64,000 bases of DNA. Source: an uncultured delta proteobacterium. GTDB taxonomy: Bacteria > Desulfobacterota > Syntrophobacteria > Syntrophobacterales > Syntrophobacteraceae. The DNA is taken from contig CAWEHK010000043.1 in the NCBI GenBank assembly GCA_963808625.1, forward strand, positions 64,001 to 128,000, read 5' to 3'. Position 1 is the stretch's first letter, and every line of letters starts with the position of its first letter. The position numbers and the translations under genes are program-made. Below are positions 43,853 to 55,432 of the stretch, piece after piece. The notes below the pieces were generated by a model. It was not told the origin of the DNA. It saw only the letters and a program-made list of their open reading frames with translations, and made no database searches.

Positions 43853-44218
43853 CTAACGGATGAATACGTGGGAGACCAGGATTCCCCAGAATTGTATCGG
43901 CCTCACGTCCATGGAAATTGCTTCATAGCGCCACCCAAGGTGCCGGCGACACCGGCGACAGAAGGCAAAACGCCACCGGTAGCCGGGAAACCAGGAGTAT
44001 TCCTCGGTGGCCGCGCCCACCGCAACCACGCCGTGACAGGAAGCGAACGTACAGAAATCGCATTCGATTCCAGCAGGGTTGGTAAAATGGTGATGCCGCG
44101 CGCCGCCAACAGCAAGCAGGCAATCCGAGGAGGCGATGAGCGCACTGCAGCCGGAACACTGATAGGCTTTATCACCGTTGCCGCCGGTCGCTCCATATGG
44201 TGAAAAAAGGCCGAACAT
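43853..44218 (-). CDS. Bacterial cereblon-family (CULT) protein
   Basis: CxxC...FTNPAG...SWFPGYRW...CRRCRRHLGWRY...FWG. Confidence 0.85.
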   Translation of the reverse strand: MFGLFSPYGATGGNGDKAYQCSGCSALIASSDCLLAVGGARHHHFTNPAGIECDFCTFASCHGVVAVGAATEEYSWFPGYRWRFAFCRRCRRHLGWRYEAISMDVRPIQFWGILVSHVFIR

Positions 44219-44376
44219 TCCTGACTCCCACCGCTCGAAGCGGGCAAAAACAAGGATTCAAACGTGCTGTGCTGACTGCAACCCTAAAATTACCACGAAT
44301 AATATGCTATATTCCAGACCTGCATGGGAAGAAAACCGAGCGCAGCAAGAACGAGACCCTGGAATGAGGTGTGGTG

Positions 44377-44919
44377 ATGGCAGAAATAAAGAGTACCCTG
44401 GAACTGGTTATGGAAAGGACCCGACACCTTACGCAGAGTGAGGAAGAAAAGCGGGAACAGGCCGCGGCTGAGTTCAGGAAAAGCCTCAACGGCCTGCTGC
44501 AAAAATGTCAGGACGGGGCCCTGGCGCCCGACCACTTCCGGGAAGATCTGCGCCGCTTGCAGGAGACCGTGCGCGTGGCCGACAGCCTCATCATTCCGGA
44601 AGAGATCGGCAAACGCCTGGATCTTGAAGGGGATAATGACTGGGCCATCACCCTCCTTAGAGAGGCCTTTAACATCAGTCCTCAAGGAATCGCAGCCGTT
44701 CTCGGCGAATACCGGCAGGCCCGCGATACACTGGCCAGGCAAAAGCGCGACGAAATCAGAAAAGACCTCGCCGAGACGCGAGGAATCTCCGGCCCTGCCG
44801 TCGTTCCCAACCCCGCCGCAGACCCCAACTGGAGCACGGAAAAACAGCGTCTTCGCGCCCGCTTTGAGTCAATACTGGTCCAGGAAATTGACAGGCTGAA
44901 AGCGGCCTGGCTGTCCTGA
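44377..44919 (+). CDS. Hypothetical protein
   Basis: MAEIKSTLELVMERT...ISGPAVVPNP; GAGGT RBS. Confidence 0.75.
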   Translation: MAEIKSTLELVMERTRHLTQSEEEKREQAAAEFRKSLNGLLQKCQDGALAPDHFREDLRRLQETVRVADSLIIPEEIGKRLDLEGDNDWAITLLREAFNISPQGIAAVLGEYRQARDTLARQKRDEIRKDLAETRGISGPAVVPNPAADPNWSTEKQRLRARFESILVQEIDRLKAAWLS

Positions 44920-45192
44920 AGGCAAGCTCGAGTTAGCGCCCTTCGGGCGGACTACAAAACACAAATTCACCGCAGAGAACGCAGAGATCGCACAGGGAAC
45001 AATAGCCTACAGAAAAATCTTAACAGAATTTCAAGAGCTTGAACGTTAGCAATGCAGTAAAGATCTCCCCTCAAGAGTTCCGAAATCACGATTGGAGGCT
45101 TCCAATGCTTTTCTCTGCGTCCTCTGCGTCCTCTGCGGTAAAAAAAATGGAAATTCCTATACGATCGAGTTACCAGCTTCAGTTAATACGAG

Positions 45193-45852
45193 TTAGATAT
45201 AAGCAAACCAGACCCTTTCGACGCTCTGGAAGTTCCTCCGCACCTGCGCGGCGTTCACGATGATGTCCCCGTGGCCGGGAAGCAGCGTTTCGACCTCCAG
45301 GTCGGAAAGGGTTTTGATGCTTTCCTTGAGGGTGCGGCCGTTGCCGCCGGGAAGGTCGGTGCGCCCAAGGCCCTCCTTAAAGATCACGTCGCCGGTGAAA
45401 AGCGCTTTCTGTTCCGGCCAGTAGAGGGAAATGGACCCCGGAGAATGTCCCGGAGTATGGATGACCAGGAACTCGAGCCCCTTGACGGCGAGGTCCCCTT
45501 CCTTCAGGAAAAAGGCGGGAACGTAAGCATCGGGGTCAAGCGAAGCGCCGAGAACCCTTCCCATATCTTTGAGCAGGTCCCAGTCGGTTTGATGGACCCC
45601 AAATAAGGCTGGGTGCTCCTGAAACAGCTTCACCGCCTCAACATGATCCGGGTGACAATGGGTCGCGATGACCAGGTCGATGTCCTCGAGTCCCAGCCCC
45701 AGGTCCCGGAGACCGGCCTCGACATGGCCAAAGAGATGGAGATGCCCCGGATCGATGAGCACCCGGGCCGGACCGTCGATGAGGTAGGTATTGCAGTTGT
45801 TGGCCGACATCGAATTCCACAGAAAGCCGTGGAGGTTTTCGAGAATTTTCAT
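45193..45852 (-). CDS. Metallo-beta-lactamase fold hydrolase
   Basis: THCHPDH, HTPGHSPG, FTGD and LPGHG. Confidence 0.9.
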   Translation of the reverse strand: MKILENLHGFLWNSMSANNCNTYLIDGPARVLIDPGHLHLFGHVEAGLRDLGLGLEDIDLVIATHCHPDHVEAVKLFQEHPALFGVHQTDWDLLKDMGRVLGASLDPDAYVPAFFLKEGDLAVKGLEFLVIHTPGHSPGSISLYWPEQKALFTGDVIFKEGLGRTDLPGGNGRTLKESIKTLSDLEVETLLPGHGDIIVNAAQVRRNFQSVERVWFAYI

Positions 45853-45876
45853 TTGCGTCCTTCCTGCGTTGCGCGT

Positions 45877-46295
45877 TCATTCCCCGATAATTTTGAGGAG
45901 CACCCGTTTTTTCCTGCGCCCGTCAAATTCACCATAGAAGATCTGTTCCCAGGGGCCAAGATCCAGCTTGCCGCCGGTGACCGCGACGACCACCTCACGA
46001 CCCATGATTTGCCGCTTCAGATGAGCATCCGCATTGTCTTCACCAACGTTATGCCGGTACTGCGAAACGGGTTCATGCGGCGCCAGTTTTTCCAGCCAGA
46101 GTTCATAATCGTGATGGAGGCCCGGATTCGTCATCGTTGATGAAGACCGAGGCCGTGATGTGCATGGCGTTGCAGAGCACCAGGCCCTCCTCGATGCCGC
46201 TTTCCCGGAGGCACGGCTTCAATCTGGGGGGTAATATTGATAAAGGCCCGGCGCGTGGGAACGTTGAACCAGAGCTCCTTGCGATATGATTTCAT
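45877..46295 (-). CDS. YjbQ/UPF0047 family protein (frameshifted)
   Basis: [23 protein letters not shown] and [13 protein letters not shown]. Confidence 0.88.
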
Positions 46296-46308
46296 GGACT
46301 CACTCCTT

Positions 46309-46432
46309 TGCGATTTCGGATTTCGGATGTCGGATGTCGGATTGCGGATTTCGGATTGCGGATTTCGGATTTCGGATTTCGGATGTCGGATTGCGGATGG
46401 CGGATGGCGGATGGCGGATTTCGGATGGTGGA
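46309..46432. repeat. Heptamer tandem repeats (GATTTCG/GATTGCG/GATGGCG)
   Basis: 7-nt period. Confidence 0.85.
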
Positions 46433-46493
46433 TGTTCAGCGTGGCGGGACTCCTTGGGTGCATGCCTACCAGTCTTTCTTTTTGAGCTCAAGT

Positions 46494-46590
46494 ACCAAGA
46501 GCCAAGAGCTAAGAGCTAAGAGCTAAGAGAAAGAGCCAACTGCCAAGAGCCAACCGCTAAGAGCTAAGAGCTAAGAGCCAACTGCTAAGA
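46494..46590. repeat. Heptamer tandem repeats (CYAAGAG)
   Basis: 7-nt period. Confidence 0.8.
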
Positions 46591-48778
46591 GCCACCTGCC
46601 GCTTTGCCGGGCCATGAGGCTCGAACCACGGTCCCCTGGCCGATGACCGACTCGATGCGGAAGGCGCCGCCGGCGAGCTCTGTGCGTTCTCTCATTCCGG
46701 CAATCCCGAGGCCTTTCTCGTGACTGCTTTTCGCCAGTGCGGAAGAAAGATCAAACCCGATGCCATTATCTTCTATGGTCAGGTGAATGAGACCATCTTG
46801 CACTTTCGAGGGAGAGACTGACCAATTCCGCTTTGCTGTGTCTGGCAATATTGTTCAAGGCCTCCTGTACAATTCGGAAGATGACAATTTTCAAGGGCTC
46901 GGGGATGTCTTCTTCATCAATGTCAATTTCCTGTTCAATGCAGATCCCCGCATAGGTCTTTTGAAATTCTCGGCAAAACCAGCCAATGGTGGCGATGATC
47001 CCAAGATCATCCAGCATGGAGGGCCGCAGTCCGGTATAAATCCTGCGCGCTTCTTCCATCGCATTCTGGACGACGGGAATGATCAGCTCGAGGGACGAAC
47101 CATCGTCCCTCGCTCAGTCCTTGCTCAACTCTCCCAAGCACATTTTCCACTTTAAACTTGATGGCGGCAAGAGACTGCCCGATGCTGTCGTGCAGTTCCC
47201 TCGCAATCCTTTTCCGTTCCTCTTCCTGCGTGGTCAGCAACTGGGAGGACATGAGCCGAAGCTTTCTCTCGGATTCCAGCAAGGCCTGTTCGGTTTGTTT
47301 GCGTTCGTTGATTTCCTGCTGAAGGAGATCATTGGCCTCGTGCCAGTTCGGCAGTTCGCTCCCGGACTAATTCTTCGAGGTGTTCACGATATTTTTGGAG
47401 CTCCTCTTCGACCAGTCTTACGCTCCGTAATATCACGGGCTGCCGCAAAGATGCCCAGCACTTTTCCCGATCTCATCCTGGTAGAGCGAGGCATTGTAGA
47501 GCACGGAGGTGATGTGGCCGCTCCGATGAGAAATCTGCAATTCATAATCGCGCACCTAGCCTTCCTTGAAGACCTTCTGGTAGCCTTCTTTCGCCTTTTC
47601 CGGGTCCGTAAAGTAGTCGCAAAAATCGGTCCCGATGAGTTGTTCCCGCGAGCATCCGGTTACTTTTTCGGTGGCGGCATTGACATCACTGATCTTGCCA
47701 TCGGCATTGATGGTGACCAGAGGATCAAGACTGGCCTCGATCAAGCTCCGATTATAGGCATTGGCCAACCGCAGTGCTTCTTCCGCTCGTATGCGTTCGG
47801 TCAGTTCCCGGGACAATTCGTCGGTCCGCCGGTTTACCAGCGTTCTCAGGGAACGATTCCAGACGAACATGCCAATGAGAGCCAGGGAGGCCACACCAAG
47901 GACCGCAACAGACTGATCCAGAATTTTCGCTGTCGAACAGGTTCTCCTGCTCCAGCTGAACCCATTTCTTGAAGATGGCTTCCCTCTCGACCGGGACTGA
48001 TCTCGTTGAGGGCCTTTTCAAGAATCCCCGCCAGCTCCGGCCAATCCTTTCGGCACCCGAAGGCCAGCCGGTACATATAACCCGTATTGCCCGCCAGCCG
48101 CAGGTTGGTGATCCCCTGCTTCTCAATGAAGTAGGTGGCCGCCCCCAGATTTGCCACCAGGGCATCCACCATGCCGAAAGAAACCTTTCGCAACCCGGTT
48201 TCGACCGTCGGCACCACATCGAGGTCCAGATGCGGATAATTATTGACCACATAATCGTGATCGGCATAGCCGGAAACAATGGCCACCCGCATGCCGGCAA
48301 GCTTCTTCAAGGAGAGCGGGCGGTGACATTTTTTCTGACGATGATAACTGAAGGGAACTCGACAAAAGGGCTGGTGAAAAGCATGTATTCCGGAGCGCTG
48401 AGGGGTCTTGGCCGCGGCCCCGAACATGTCTATCTCTCTTTTCTTGGCCTTTTCAATGGCCTCATCCCAGTCACGCAGGCGGACAATCTTGAAGCGTATG
48501 CCAAGCTTCCTCTCGACCAGATCCACATAATCCGCGGCGATGCCCCGGTAACGGCCATCATCATCGAAATATTCGATCGGGGGATAGTCGGGGTCGGGGG
48601 CAATAGTAATCTCGGGGTGGGCGCCCAGCCATTCCGTCTCGGCCTCGGTCAGCAGCGGTTTCGTTGCGGTCCCCGGGTCGGGGCCAACGGCAACCAATAG
48701 GAAACCACCCAGGACTACCGCAAGAAACCAGGCAAAAAGACTTGCCGTTCTATGGATTACCGCAACCGTTTTGGCCAT
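46585..48778 (-). CDS. Sensor histidine kinase: periplasmic solute-binding domain, PAS, HisKA_3, HATPase (multiple frameshifts)
   Basis: PDYPPIEY; EASLDPLVTI (PAS); EERKRIARELHDSIGQ; QEALNNIARH; DNGIGF...GLG. Confidence 0.85.
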
Positions 48779-49060
48779 CCTTTACCCATTATTTTCCATA
48801 GTTGCCCCAGCATAATCTTCCGTGCGCAAACGGTCAATGAAGTAAAGGCCCCTGTTGCGGCAGCGGGAGGGAGGCGCAAGCGTGTTCAGGCAGCGCGTTG
48901 CTGTCTTCCAGGCGGCCGTGAGATAAAAACCATTGGGAGGAGATAGACTCCGCCCCTGCAGTTCACACTCACAGGTCCGGAGTTTCCGGATGGAAACCGG
49001 TGCCGTGCGCCGGGATTGCGGCGAAGGAGCCCTGGCCCGCGTCGAAGCACCCGGGCCCCA

Positions 49061-50674
49061 TCAGGAAGAGAAGGGAAAGATGATGCGGAAGGTGGTGCCG
49101 GCGCCGAATTGGGTGTCGAATTCGATGAAGGCGCCGTGTTTCTCCAGAATTTGCCGGGAGATGGCCAATCCCAGTCCCGTTCCTTCCGATTTCCTCGTAA
49201 AGAAAGGATCGAAGATCCGATCCTGGTCTTCTTCCAGAATCCCATCGCCGGTGTCCGTAACCTGCAGGACCACGGCTGCGGGTTCTTCCTGATACATGGT
49301 CCTGATGGTGAGTGTTCCGCCCCCGGGCATGGCCTCAATGGCGTTGATCATCAAGTTCATGATCACCTGGCTGATCTGGTTGAAATCGACGACCAGCATG
49401 GGAATATTGTCCCCAAGGTCAAGCTCCACTTCCATATTGGCCTTTCGCAGATGGGCCTTGGCCAGGTCATAGCAGTAGCCGACAATTTCATTCAGGTGAT
49501 GAGGCAGGAACTGGGGATCACGGGGTTTGGCGAAGTTCAGCACCTGGTGAACGATACGATCGATCTTCTTGATTTGTTGGACGACGTCGTCGAACATTTG
49601 CTGCTGGGCAGGATCAAGGGATAACTCGCGCTGCAGCATCTGCGTGTTGAAGTTGATCGTCGCCAGGGGGTTGCGTATTTCATGGGCGATCCCGGCGGCG
49701 AGAGTCCCCAGCGCTTTGAGCCGCTCGGTCTGATGCAGTCGGTGTTCTAATTTTCTTTCTTCGGTGACATCCTTTTCATAGTAGACCACACGCTCCACAT
49801 CCCCGTCGGCATTGAGGACAGGGAAGGCGTAGTAATGATAGTACCCCCCCCAGCGCGGATGAGGGCCTTCCCTTTGCACCGGCTGTGCCCCCCAGAGGCA
49901 CGCCCAAATCGGGCATTCCGGGGGAGGCTGGTCCTGTCCGTAAAGGATCTCTCGTATACTTCTTGCCGATGAGGTCTCGCCTGCTTCCCATAAACCATTT
50001 CGCTGGTCCGATTGACGCGGAAAATGCGCAAGCTGGTTATCCACCAGGAAGATACTGTGCTGAATGGCATCGAAGCTGATTTCGAGCTCGCTCTTGGCCC
50101 GTTCGATGGATTCGAAGAGCTGCGCATTCTCGATCGCTACCCCCAGCTGATTGCCAATGGCGGTGAGGAACTCACTCCTTTCCGGCCGGATCTGGAGGTG
50201 GCCTTCGTTGGTCACATAGAGCAGCCCCAGCACTTTGTTTTGATTCTTGAGAGGAATGCAGATGACTTCATCGACCCCCGCGTCATACATGCGCTCGCGC
50301 AACTGGGCAAAGAAGAGCTTGCTGACCGGGACCCAGTGAACCATTTTGTGATAACCAAACCGGCTCATCACTTCCGGAGCTACGGTGATGGCCTGGATGG
50401 CATTCACCAGGGTGGAGGCAAAACCGTAATGAGCGGCCAATTCCAGCAGCCACTGGTCATCGGCGACGTCTTTGACCAGATAGATCGCCCCCATCTTCAG
50501 CCTGAGCGTGCTCAGAATCGCGACCAGAGCTCGCTGCAAGACGTCTTCCAGCCGGGGCGAGCTCTGCAGCGCGGAGGAGATCTGAAAGAGGATTTGCAGC
50601 TCGTGATGCTGCTGCAGGTATTCTTCTGGAGAGAGGATGGGGCTGGCCGTTTCTTTCGTTTCCGATGGTTCCAT
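49061..50674 (-). CDS. GAF/PAS sensor histidine kinase (NtrB-like)
   Basis: QLGVAIENA, AHEIRNPL, NLMINA, DTGDG and PFFTRK..GTGLGL. Confidence 0.9.
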   Translation of the reverse strand: MEPSETKETASPILSPEEYLQQHHELQILFQISSALQSSPRLEDVLQRALVAILSTLRLKMGAIYLVKDVADDQWLLELAAHYGFASTLVNAIQAITVAPEVMSRFGYHKMVHWVPVSKLFFAQLRERMYDAGVDEVICIPLKNQNKVLGLLYVTNEGHLQIRPERSEFLTAIGNQLGVAIENAQLFESIERAKSELEISFDAIQHSIFLVDNQLAHFPRQSDQRNGLWEAGETSSARSIREILYGQDQPPPECPIWACLWGAQPVQREGPHPRWGGYYHYYAFPVLNADGDVERVVYYEKDVTEERKLEHRLHQTERLKALGTLAAGIAHEIRNPLATINFNTQMLQRELSLDPAQQQMFDDVVQQIKKIDRIVHQVLNFAKPRDPQFLPHHLNEIVGYCYDLAKAHLRKANMEVELDLGDNIPMLVVDFNQISQVIMNLMINAIEAMPGGGTLTIRTMYQEEPAAVVLQVTDTGDGILEEDQDRIFDPFFTRKSEGTGLGLAISRQILEKHGAFIEFDTQFGAGTTFRIIFPFSS

Positions 50675-50781
50675 TAACCTCTTGGACTTTCTGTCACGGA
50701 AATCGGAGGGTCGGAGGCCGGAGGGCGGAGATCGGATTGACATAAGAAGCGGACATGATTTTCTCCCTCTCCGACCTCTAA

Positions 50782-50915
50782 GAGGCGTGTCTAAAAAGCC
50801 CTTCTATCCCGTCACCCCGGCGAAAGCCGGGGTCCAGAAGGTTTTAAAAAAACCTGGATTCCGGCTTTCGCCGGAATGACGCAATGCGATTCGGGAGAAC
50901 TCTTTGCACACCCTC
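50782..50915. mobile_element. Degenerate MITE-like element with REP cargo and TAA duplication
   Basis: GAGGCGTGTCTAAA...TTTGCACACCCTC flanked by TAA. Confidence 0.5.
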
Positions 50916-50934
50916 TAACTGCCGACTCCACGAC

Positions 50935-51050
50935 TTCAGACTTCCTATTTCTGACTCCTGTCTCCTGCATCTCCTGACTCCTGACTCCTGACTTCTGACT
51001 CCTGCTCCTTCCGCTCTCCTGACTCCTGTCTCCTGTCTCCTGTCTTCCGT
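50935..51050. repeat. Heptamer tandem repeats (CTCCTGW)
   Basis: 7-nt period. Confidence 0.8.
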
Positions 51051-51051
51051 C

Positions 51052-51981
51052 TTATTTCGTTCGCGCACTAATGGCTTCCCACTGCGAGTAGGTCGCCTTC
51101 GCCACGCGGATGGAGGCAGCGTCCACCATTTTCCCATCGATGGCCAGGGAGCCGCACCCTGCCTTTTTAGCTTCTTCATACGCATTGAGAATCTTCAGGG
51201 AGCGCTCGACATCTTCCGGCGGAGGGGTATACATTTCATTAATGATTTCGATCTGATCGGGATGAATGACCCATTTCCCGTCATAGCCGAGGGCGGCGCT
51301 GAGGATGCAGGAGCGCCGCAGTCCTTCCGGGTCTTTGTAATTCCCATAGGGAGCGTCAATCGCGGCCAGTCCCGCCGCCTTGGCGGCCATTGCCATGCAG
51401 CTGAGCGGAAAATGCCAGCGATGACCGGGATAAAAATCTTCAACATCCCCGTGGCCACTGATTCCTTTGCTCATCATGGTGAGCGACGCACTGTAGTCGG
51501 CCACGCCAAAGACCAGGGTTTCCAGGCGCGGAGAGCTGAAGGCAATCTCCCTGGCCCGCAGCATTCCTTCGGCCGTCTCGATGGAAGGTTCCAGGCCGAT
51601 CGGCTTCTGAAACCCCATGCGCATTTCGATTTGGGTCAACAGATAGTCGATGGCTTTGATTTCACTGGCATCATTGACCTTGGGAACCACAATGACATCA
51701 ATACAATCCCCGGCAGCTTCCACAACGTCAATGATATCCCGGTAGGCAAACGGAGTATCCATGCCATTGATGCGATAGCACCGCACTTTGCCGCTCCAGT
51801 CCTGTTCTTTGAAGGCAGCGATGACGCGCTTGCGGGCCTCTTCCTTCTCCTGAACCGGGACGCTGTCCTCAAGGTCGAGCATCAGGACATCCGTTGGGAG
51901 GCTAAAGGCTTTCTGGACCATCTTTTCACGATTGGCGGGTACGGAGAGGGTCGAACGACGCAGACGAATGGGTTTCTCCAC
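51052..51981 (-). CDS. CitE/malyl-CoA lyase family CoA-ester lyase
   Basis: RRSTLSVP, LDLEDSV, IETAEG, GVADYSASL, GKWVIHPDQI and GKMVD. Confidence 0.9.
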   Translation of the reverse strand: MEKPIRLRRSTLSVPANREKMVQKAFSLPTDVLMLDLEDSVPVQEKEEARKRVIAAFKEQDWSGKVRCYRINGMDTPFAYRDIIDVVEAAGDCIDVIVVPKVNDASEIKAIDYLLTQIEMRMGFQKPIGLEPSIETAEGMLRAREIAFSSPRLETLVFGVADYSASLTMMSKGISGHGDVEDFYPGHRWHFPLSCMAMAAKAAGLAAIDAPYGNYKDPEGLRRSCILSAALGYDGKWVIHPDQIEIINEMYTPPPEDVERSLKILNAYEEAKKAGCGSLAIDGKMVDAASIRVAKATYSQWEAISARTK

Positions 51982-52269
51982 TTTAGTCTCCTTGCGTAAA
52001 AACAGTGGTCAGTGGTCAGTGATTCAGACCGTTACAACCTTATAAATGAAGCCGATTAGCGCTATTGTTCAGCCAGGCGAAGCCAAGGCTGGTTCTTCCG
52101 AAGCGAAACCCCTCAACCTGTCATTCCCGCAGGGTTTTTGAGCGGGAATCCAGCTTTCAAAGGCTCAAAACCTGGATTCCCGACAAAAGCTTTCGGGAAT
52201 GACGTTGCTTGCATCCATGGCTGAAGCTCGACACCAATCGGGTAAATGAATGTCATTCCAGGGCCCAAC

Positions 52270-55026
52270 CTACCGTTTGGCCCATTTCTCCCTGATCGCG
52301 GCCTGGGCTGCGGCGAGCGTGGCCACCGGGACCCGATAGGGAGAACAACTCACGTAGTCCAGACCAATGCGGTGGCAGAACTCCACCGATGACGGTTCAC
52401 CGCCGTGCTCTCCGCAAATACCGATCTTCAACTCGGGGTTCGACCCCGCGGCCTTTCGTCACCGCGATTTGCATGAGATGGCCAACACCGTCCTGGTCCA
52501 GCCGATTGAAAGGATCGCTCTCCCAGACCTTCTCCGTCAAATAGGGGGGCAGGAACTTTCCCGCATCATCCCGGCTGATGCCGTAAACCATCTGGGTAAG
52601 GTCATTGGTGCCGAAGGAGAAAAACTCGGCAACCCCGGCAACTTCGTCGGCGGTCAAGCGCCCCCCGGGGCACTTCGATCATCGTTCCCACCCGGTATTC
52701 CACCTGGACGCCACATTCCTCCATGACTTCCTTCGCCACCCGGTCGACAACCTGCTTTTGGTTTTTCAGCTCATTCACATGACCCACAAGAGGAATCATG
52801 ATCTCAGGGTGGACGTCGAGCGCCTTCCTGTTTCACTTCACAGGCTGCTTCCAGGATGGCACGCGCCTGCATCGCCGTGATTTCAGGATAGACGATGCCA
52901 AGCCGGCAACCGCGATGCCCCAGCATGGGATTGGCTTCGTGCAGACTCACCACTTTGGCGTCGAGCTGTTCAAAGCTTACTCCCATTTGGTGAGCCAGTT
53001 TCTGGATGTCGCGTTCGTCGTGAGGCAAAAATTCATGCAGCGGCGGGTCCAGGGTACGGATGGTCACCGGTTTGCCTCTCATGACCCTGAAAAGGCCTTT
53101 GAAATCCTCCTTTTGCATGGGCAGAAGTTTGGCCAGCGCTCGCTCCCGTCCCTCCTTGTCCTCTGCCAGGATCATTTCGCGAACGGCATCGATCCGATTG
53201 CCCTCAAAGAACATGTGCTCAGTCCGCGTCAGCCCGATCCCTTCCGCTCCGAAAGCAATGGCCTCCTCAGCCTGGTTGGCCTGGTCCGCATTGGTCCAAA
53301 TCTCGAGGCGGCGGAATTCATCCGCCCAGCCGAGCAACGCCACATAGTCCTGATAGACCTGGGATCGCTGCGGCGCCAGGCTCTTATCGATCAGGACCCG
53401 GAGGATCTCCGACGGGCGCGTCGGGATCTGCCCGGCGAAGACTTCTCCTGCCGTACCGTCCAATGACAGGTATTGACCCTCGCGAATAACCCGATCACCG
53501 ATCGTCATGCGGCGGCCGGGGTAATCGATTTCAAGGGCCCCGCAACCCACGATGCAGACTTTCCCCATCTGGCGGGCCACCAATGCCGCATGTGAAGTCA
53601 TCCCCCCGCGGGCGGTAAGAATTCCCCGCGCAGCATGCATGCCCCGAATATCGTCAGGTGAGGTTTCCAACCGCACGAGAATGACGATCTCTCCCCGTCT
53701 GACCCATTCTTCCGCATCGGCCGCATTAAAGACCACGCGCCCCGTTGCCGCACCAGGGCCGGCCGCCAGGCCCCGTGCCAGAATCACCCCATCCCTTTCC
53801 GCTTCCTCCTTGGCCTTGGGATCGAAGGTCGGGCGCAGCAACTGGTTCATCTGGTCGGGATCTACCCGCATCAGGGCTTCCTCTTTGCTGATGATCCCTT
53901 CCCGCACCATATCCACGGCGATCTTGAAGGAGGCAAAACCCGTGCGCTTTCCGGAGCGCGTCTGAAGCATCCAGAGCTTCCCTCTCTCAATCGTGAATTC
54001 AACGTCCTGCATGTCGCGATAATGGCGATCAAGGCCGCTGCGAATGCCATCGAGCTGCGTGTAGATTTCGGGCATCGCTTCTTCCAGGGAAAGTCCGTTT
54101 ATTTCACCCTTCTGATGCCTGTTGATGGGCAGAGGCGTGCGGATTCCTGCCACGACGTCCTCGCCCTGGGCGTTGATCAGATATTCGCCGTAGAAAACAT
54201 TTTCACCCGTTGCGGGATTGCGGGTAAAGGCCACCCCCGTACCACAATCTTCGCCCATGTTCCCATAGACCATGGCCTGAATATTGACCGCCGTGCCCAT
54301 ATCTCCCGGGATGCGGTTTAATTCGCGGTAGGCAATGGCGCGGGGATTGTTCCACGAGCCAAAAACAGCGGTGATGGCGCCCCAGAGCTGGTCCATGGGG
54401 TCCTGACGGAATTCGAGCTTCTTGCGCTCCCTGATGAGCGCCTTGTAACGCTCCACCATGTCTCTCAGATCAGAGGCGCTGAGCTGATTGTCAAACTCGA
54501 CGCCGCGCTTCTTGCGCATCTCCTCGATGATTTCGTCAAAAGGGTCAAGCTCATCCTTGGATTCCGGTTTGAGCCCGAGAACGACGTCGCCGTACATATT
54601 TACAAAGCGCCGATAGCAGTCGTAGGCAAAGCGCTCATCGCCCGTTTCCTTGATCAAACCCTGGACCGTCTGGTCATTGAGGCCGAGATTCAAGACCGTA
54701 TCCATCATCCCGGGCATACTGCTCGCCGCCCCGGAACGCACCGAGACAAGCAGCGGATTTTCGGGGTCGCCGAACTTGCGTCCCATGATCTCTTCCAGCC
54801 GGTGCAGGGCTTCCTCAACCTGCCCTTTCAGTTCCAGGGGATATTCCCCGTTATGTTCGTAATAATACGTGCAGATATCAGTCGTAATCGTAAAGCCCGG
54901 CGGGACCGGAAGACCAAGGTTTGCCATTTCCGCCAGGTTCGCGCCCTTGCCTCCGAGCAACGCTTTCATTTGCGCATTACCATCGGCGCTTCCGCCGCCA
55001 AAGAAGTAGACATACTTAGGCGTCAT
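52270..55026 (-). CDS. ppdK: Pyruvate, phosphate dikinase (frameshifts in the 3' part)
   Basis: [33 protein letters not shown] and [10 protein letters not shown]. Confidence 0.96.
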
Positions 55027-55432
55027 AATCTGATCTCCCCTCTTCTCAAAATGAGCGTTCACCACTCATGCGAATTGACATCCAGGCAGGTTTTCGTAAG
55101 GGTTTTCATGCCCAAAAGTTTAACAAGCTATTGGTTGAGCAAATTACTATACTCAATTTCGCCGTTCTGTACACTAGAAAAACGATTCCGGCACCCACGG
55201 ACACGCTCCAGCACTCAAGATTACCATCGGCCCTACCCCATTCACCCGTGCCCTCGATGCTCTTGAATTATACTCATTTCGGATGAAATCTTCCGCTTCG
55301 GCAAGCCCGGCAATCAACCGCAGAGTCCGCTGAGATCACAGAGAAAGCCAATGATTATCTCTGCGCCCTCTGTGCTCTCTGCGGTGGAAAAGCAAACTGT
55401 TGAACCTTTGCCCATTGCCGGTGGGCGGCTCC

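Noticed and set aside
46300..46526. Short low-complexity ORFs (ISDFGFR / IRNPKS repeats)
   Set aside because: They are translations of heptamer tandem repeats.
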